A DNA stretch of 64,000 nt, taken from assembly GCA_030248215.1 (NCBI GenBank), contig JASANG010003910.1, forward strand, positions 310,001 through 374,000, written 5' to 3'. How positions within the stretch are numbered: position 1 is the first letter of the stretch; each line of letters opens with the position of its first letter. The stretch is from Enoplolaimus lenunculus (taxonomy: Eukaryota). Below the pieces are notes generated by a model, which saw only the letters and a list, made by a program, of their open reading frames with translations, was not told the DNA's origin and ran no database searches. The position numbers and the translations under genes are program-made. Below, piece by piece: positions 63,420 through 64,000 of this stretch.

Positions 63420-64000
63420 CGTTGGTCCAGTGAGGCAATGAATCGGGCCTGTAGCCAGAGGTGGCTCAGCTCGCCACTAAAAAAATGTAGCCTGCCCCTA
63501 ATAATTTTCGACCTTCGTTGTTAGTCATTCAAAACCATTGTATGCCCCTCTTGAAAAATGTTTGTCTCCTCTTACAAGATGCGCGGGCTACGGATCTGCC
63601 TCGCCGTGGGTACGTGAGTAGCAAAAATGACTACGGACTGATGTAGACGAACTCCTCGGTCCCGCTGGTGTGCCTTGGCTAACTGAGCGTGATGAAGTAG
63701 TCTGGCATACAAACACTAGCACCAGTTAGGCATGTCATCGTGGCTCTGAATGGCAATGGATATAGATGGGCACCGGATATCCAGATATGAACAATATCCG
63801 GATAAGTATCCGAAATAAAACGTGTATCCGGATATCCGGATACATATCCGGCAATGCCCAACAACAGCAATCCGCATTTCCTTTTGAAAGTGTCCATTGG
63901 CCCTGTGGTCGAGTAGTGAGATGCGAATTGTTCACCGAAAGTTGCGCAGAATAACTCAACTAACAAAAACCCCGAAATGTTAAACTATTGTCACAAAATT

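Overview
AT-rich animal genomic DNA with GT-AG introns; no prokaryotic, CRISPR or rRNA features. TTTCAG/TTTTAG-type acceptors and abundant TTAGGC repeats hint at a nematode, but this is not proven. Four protein-coding genes can be assembled by hand with phase-consistent exons: a 3-exon neurogenin-type bHLH gene (+, 15067-17608), a >=14-exon UBE3A/E6AP HECT ligase (+, ~26018-36314, start exon uncertain), a ZC2HC1-like C2HC zinc-finger gene (-, 43011-46324+), and a 4-TM LAPTM4-like membrane protein with a long basic N-terminus (+, 59281-~63419, 3' end uncertain). Introns and intergenic DNA are dense with non-autonomous DNA transposons (MITEs): a GGCC-ended, 8-bp-TSD (Merlin-like) family carrying TTAGGC arrays, plus CACTG (CMC-like), TA-flanked Tc1/mariner-pogo-like, hAT-like, Harbinger-like and Ginger-like families, and several minisatellites. 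No intact transposase was seen. Best leads: a tandem pair of tRNA-like units with a shared upstream motif just 5' of UBE3A, the TTAGGC-bearing MITE family, and one copy whose TSD duplicated a splice donor. I found no clearly new biological system; these are leads, and superfamily calls rest on terminal motifs and TSDs only.
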